From the NCBI GenBank assembly GCA_025594325.1, contig JANHCV010000005.1, forward strand, positions 806,001 to 870,000: 64,000 nt of DNA. Direction: 5' to 3'. Origin of the DNA: Blastocladiella emersonii ATCC 22665 (Eukaryota > Fungi > Blastocladiomycota). Below, one piece after another: positions 59,490-64,000 of the stretch; positions within the stretch are counted from its first letter, which is position 1, and every line of letters begins with the position of its first letter. A program made the position numbers and the translations under genes. The notes under the pieces are model-generated. The model did no database searches. It was not told where the DNA came from and saw nothing but the letters and a program-made list of their open reading frames with translations.

Positions 59490-60765
59490 ATGAACCACGA
59501 CGTAGCACACACCATGTCAACGAGCAACGTGACCAACCCGCCTGTCCCGCGCCCCGATGACGACGACGACGACTTTGACCTGGCCGAGGCCATGAAGAAG
59601 ATGCGTTCGCGGCTGGGCCCCGACGGCAAGCCGATCGTGCCCAAGTGGGCCATGTCGCCGGAGACGCTCGAGGAGGACATGAACGCGGTGCCGCTGTTCA
59701 TGCGGAGCCTTCCCTCGGACGCGGACGACGCCGAGGCGAACCCGGAGCTCGCCGCGCTGCAGTCGCTCATCTACGACGGGACGCCCGAGGAGATTGCCGA
59801 GAACTTCAAGAACCAGGGCAACGAAATGTACCGCGACGGGCCCAAGTACTACACGCACGCGGTGCAGTTCTACACCAAGGGCATCGACCAGAAGTGCGCC
59901 GACGCCAAGCTCAACTCGGTGCTGTACAGCAACCGCGCGGCTGTTCACTTTGAGCAGGGTAACTTCCGCAAGTGCGTCAACGACTGCATCGAGGCTATCA
60001 AGCTCAACCAGGGCAACGTCAAGGCCTACTTCCGCGCCGGTCGCGCTTACACGCGCCTCGAGCGGTTCAACGAGGCGGTCAGTGCGCTCACCCAGGGTCT
60101 CACGGTACGTTGCATCGGCGGGAGTGCCCCGTGGATCCAAAGACGCTGATCCCGCTCGATCCGCGTAGCTCGATGCCAACAACGGCAGCATGAAGGTGGC
60201 GCTCGAGGAGGCGACCAAGAAGAAGCACGCGGCCGAGCAGGCCGATGCCGAGCGCGCGGCGTCCGCCGCGGCCGCGGCCGCCGCCGAGTCGCAGGTGACG
60301 GCGGCCATCGAGCGGTACGGGATCCAGACGGCGACGCTCGACACGCACAGCGCGCTGCCGTCGGCCGAGTACGCGTCGCACCGGCCGACGTGGGACCGGG
60401 AGACGGACACGCTGACGTTCCCGTGCCTGGTGCTGTACCCGGAGTTCAACCAGTCCGACTTCATCACACACTTCGACGTGCGGTCGACGTTCGCCGAGCA
60501 GCTGCAGCCGATCCTCGACGAGGCGCCCGCGCCGTGGGACCCGAGCCACACGTACCGCAGCAAGGACGTCGATATCTTCTTTTTGACGTTTGACACGGAC
60601 GCCAACAAGCGGCGCCTCGTCAAGGTCGGCAAGAAGCTCAGCCTCCTCACGGTCCTCAAGCTGCCATGGGCCCGCGTCGTCAACGGCGTCGTCGAGTTCC
60701 TCGTGCTCCATCGCACGAACAAGTTCTGCACGGATTACGTCGAGACGTACCGCAAGCGCGCGTGA
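59490..60765 (+). CDS. CNS1: Cns1/TTC4 TPR Hsp70/Hsp90 co-chaperone
   Basis: VPLFM, NPELAALQSLIYDGTPEEIAENFKNQGNE, SNRAA, TPRs, FPCLVLYPEFNQSDFI; intron near 60105-60168. Confidence 0.92.
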
Positions 60766-60828
60766 GGCGGTGGTGTGCGATGTGTGATATAACAAAATAG
60801 TTGATCGTATTAGCGTACAGCTCGCAAC

Positions 60829-62406
60829 TCATGCGCGCGGCGACGAGGTGTGCGTCTCGCGCAGCGCGTGCGACTCTTCGGCGAGGGCGACCGCCGACGT
60901 GCTCGTGAGCGTATCGTTGCTCCCGTGGTCAACGATCCCGCCGCCGCCTTCGCCGTCGCTACCCGACTCGGCGCGGGCGAGCGCACTCGCGGCCTCGCCG
61001 GCCTCGACGTAGCGGCGCAGGTACGGCACGGCCCACCCGCCAATGAACAGCTGGGTGGCGTGGTAGACGAGGAGCGGGAGCGAGTAGAGGCCGATATTCG
61101 GGTCGTTGCGGTAGACGATGCCGATGAGCGGGATCCCGAGCGACAGCGTCTTAGTGGACCCGCAGAAGACGATCGAGACCACGTCCTTGCGAGCGAACCG
61201 GAACACGCGCGCGACGACGAGGCACAGCAGCATCATGATCGGGTAGAAGACCCAGACGAGCCCGATCACGGCCAGGACCGCGCCCGCCGACACCTGCAGC
61301 TTGCCCGACGCGAACGTGTCGCTGAAGGTCGAGTAGACGAGCAGCAGCAGCATGCACGACGACACGGTCGAGAAGTTGACGCGGCGCGCGACCGCCGCCA
61401 CTACCGTTGGCGCGAACACGCGCGCGAGCTGGCCCAGGATCAGCGGGCCGATGACCGTGATGGGCATGTCGATCAGGATCGACACAAAGTTGATGGTGGT
61501 CCGCGCGCCGAGGTACAGGAGGAGCAGCAGCGGGGACACGACGATGCCCAGGATGTTGCCCAGCGTCGCGTTGATGAGCGACACGGCCTCGTTCCCGCGC
61601 GCCGCGTCCGTCATGATCACGTTGGACGAGATGGTCGTCGGCATCGACACGGCGACCACGAAGCCCGCGACTAGCGCGTCGTTGACCGACGTCAGCGACA
61701 TGAGCTTGGCCACGGCATAGCCGAGCGCGGGCGTCACGCCGAAACTGAGCGCCTGGATCACTGTTAGGGGGATGTGAGGTGGTTAGAGGAGGTGTGTGCG
61801 GTGTGAGCGGTGGTGCAGACGACGTACCGACGTGGGCGCGCCAGTGCGAAAAGGCCTGCTTGAGGACCTGGCTCTTGAGGCCGAGGCCCGACAGGAAGAA
61901 GACGACCATGACGGCGCCGTACTTGATCGTGTACTCGGCGTGAATGTAGCCGCCCTAGGTCGGTGCCGCGAGTCGTGAGCACGCCGCTCGCGAATGACGA
62001 GCAGAAGAGCAGCGAGTACCTTTTTGCCGACCTCGGGGATCAGGTACCCCAGGACGATAGCGCACACGACGCCGATGAGGAACCACTGGCGCAGGATCGC
62101 GGCCTTGACGGCGCCGAGGACGGCCATGACGCCGCGCTTGGGCGGTGGCCGGCTCGCGGCCGAGCGCATCGACGCGGCGGCGCCGCCGTTCGGGGTATCA
62201 GGTTTCCCATCAGCCGTCTCGCCGCCGGTGCCTGTCAGCGGCACGTCGTCGTCATCGTTGGCGGTGCGCGAGTCGCCGAGTTGGGACAGCTGCGGCACGG
62301 GCGGGCTATGCGGGGCCACGGGCGTGCTCCCGCTGAACAGCACCACGTCGTCTTCGTGGGCCCGCCTTCCCGCGGCAGAGGCGGGCGGCGGTTGCGAGTG
62401 GTTCAT
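60829..62406 (-). CDS. RCH1: SBF-like bile acid:sodium symporter (SLC10A7/Rch1 family)
   Basis: QWFLIG, FFLSGLGL, QALSFGVTP, MPTTISSNVIMTDAARGN, GNILGIVVSPL, FCGSTKTLSLGIPLI, PLLVYHATQLFIG; two introns. Confidence 0.9.
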
Positions 62407-64000
62407 GGGCGAGGCAGCAGCTGAAGATCAATCACGGTCGGTCGGTTGCAGGGAGTCGTGGGAGCTAAGGTTGCATGCATGCATGGGGCGCGTCCGCGGA
62501 CAGGGCGATGAAGGAGAGGGGAGAGAGCGCGAACGACGCAGGGACATTTGAGCGGGAGGAGGGGGAGGGGCGGGGCGGGCGAGGCCGCGGGTGATCCCTG
62601 CCGCCGATGTGGCGCGCGGCCCCGCTTGTTGAACCGCCTCTCTCCCTGACCGTGGCCGAGCTGTAATGAAGCGCTGCGATGAAGCCGGCCGCGAGAGATT
62701 AAGCGGCGAGTGGAGTGGGAGCGGTCCCGGATCATCACGTAAGGGTCGGGCGGGGTCGGGCGGGGTCGGGCGGCAGCGGCCGAGTCCAAGTCAGAGCTCG
62801 AGTCGGCGCGACGGGCGGATGAGCGCGTCGGCGTGGAGACAGCTGGGCGCCGTGACGCGTCTCCGTGGGAGCAGGGGGGCTAAGTCCCCCCTGGTGGGAG
62901 GCAGGAGACACTTTTGGCGCGTCACCTGATATCTGACGCGTCTCGCAGCCCAAGTTGCAGCCTGTCTCGCAGCCTGTCTAGCAGCTCGCGTTGCTGGCTT
63001 GTCCGATGGTGGCCCTGTTCACTCATGGCTCGCTGCAACTGCAGCACCTAGCCGACAGAGTAGCAGGTGGTGCTGACCGAGCAGCGGTCGATGTCAGCAG
63101 AGTCGGAGGCGCGACCGACAGCCCGTAATACTCCGAGTCGCGCCTGGAGCGTGAGGGACGCGGCTGGCCGCAGCCGCACGCTGCACTCGGATCAAGAGCG
63201 GACAGGCGCTTTGAGCAGCTGACGATGACCTTCACATCTGAGCCTCAGCGACGCCCAATTGCTCCGACCAACGGCGCTCGCTGAGCGAGATCGACGCAGA
63301 GTGAGAACCTTCACCGCCCGTATCGACGTCGAGAGCGGCAGTTGAAACGAATGTCGCGCGTGAGCCGCTGTGATACGAGTCGGCCGTATCACCCGCTGAT
63401 CACCACCAAGCCTCGCTGCTGGCGTATCCGTCGCCGCGTGTCCACCACAATCGCACGCGACGGCATGACCAACGCGTGGCGAGCCTGATAGCCACTGCGA
63501 TTACATGCAGCCTGGGGCCAGATGGAAAGCGCCTCCCTCGCGACGTTTAGGGCAGGTCCTCATCGCCGCCGTCGCGTCGCGATGCGGGCCATGTAGGCCA
63601 TGCAGAGTGCGGACGGCGGCGACGACGACGTCACAGCGGCAGGGAGAGAGGAGGCGCAGCAGGTGGCACCTGCAGAGCGTGCAGGAAACGCGCCGCGCCT
63701 CACTTCGGAGCAGACCGGGTCCGTGTCTCCATCACCGCACGTGAAGGGCGCGTCCCGCTCGCCGCCGACGTCACCGCGCCGCGAACCCGCCGACTTCCAC
63801 GGCGATCGGCCGGCGCGTACGACGCGCGAAGAGGATCAGAAGATGGCCGAGGAGACGGTCAAGGGGTGGGAACCGAGGTGGGCGACACGGCGCGATGCGC
63901 GTGGTGAGGCAGCCGGGCCAATCTCGCTCGAGGGGGCAGGCGGGCGGGCGGGCAAGCGAGATCAGCGGCGGACGCGACGGGTGGGCGGCGCGGGCCATGT

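Noticed and set aside
1-64000. tRNA, rRNA or telomeric repeats
   Set aside because: None recognised by eye; a tRNAscan-SE or Infernal run would be needed to exclude small ncRNAs.

Overview
Eukaryotic, very GC-rich DNA with short spliceosomal introns (donors mostly GTACG/GTGCG, branch CTRAC/CTCAC, acceptors often TGTAG). The gene content points to an early-diverging, probably flagellated fungus (inference: fungal-type Nha1, Pkh and SAP genes together with CDK20/CCRK and nicastrin). Sixteen recognisable conserved genes are present: RhoGDI, Serinc/TMS1, Sdh5, Na+/H+ antiporter, S1/P1 nuclease, GATA factor, SIT4-associated protein, PDK1/Pkh, GRASP, a PIH1 protein, eIF2B-beta, PEX11, CDK20, nicastrin, Cns1/TTC4 and SLC10A7/Rch1. 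They are interrupted by two accessory islands (about 8.9-16 kb and 37.4-55.9 kb). The islands hold seven members of an unannotated family, six with an F-box-like N-terminus, and six with a shared bipartite upstream motif. The second island also holds a MULE transposon (106-bp TIRs, 8-bp TSD) that splits a Gag-like ORF, a decayed Helentron-like rolling-circle element with palindromic subterminal inverted repeats, and a 248-bp solo LTR inside one family member. A copy of the Helentron-like right end, with a compensatory base change in its hairpin, also lies upstream of a family member in the first island, 41 kb away. All assignments come from motif recognition and manual alignment; no database searches were run.
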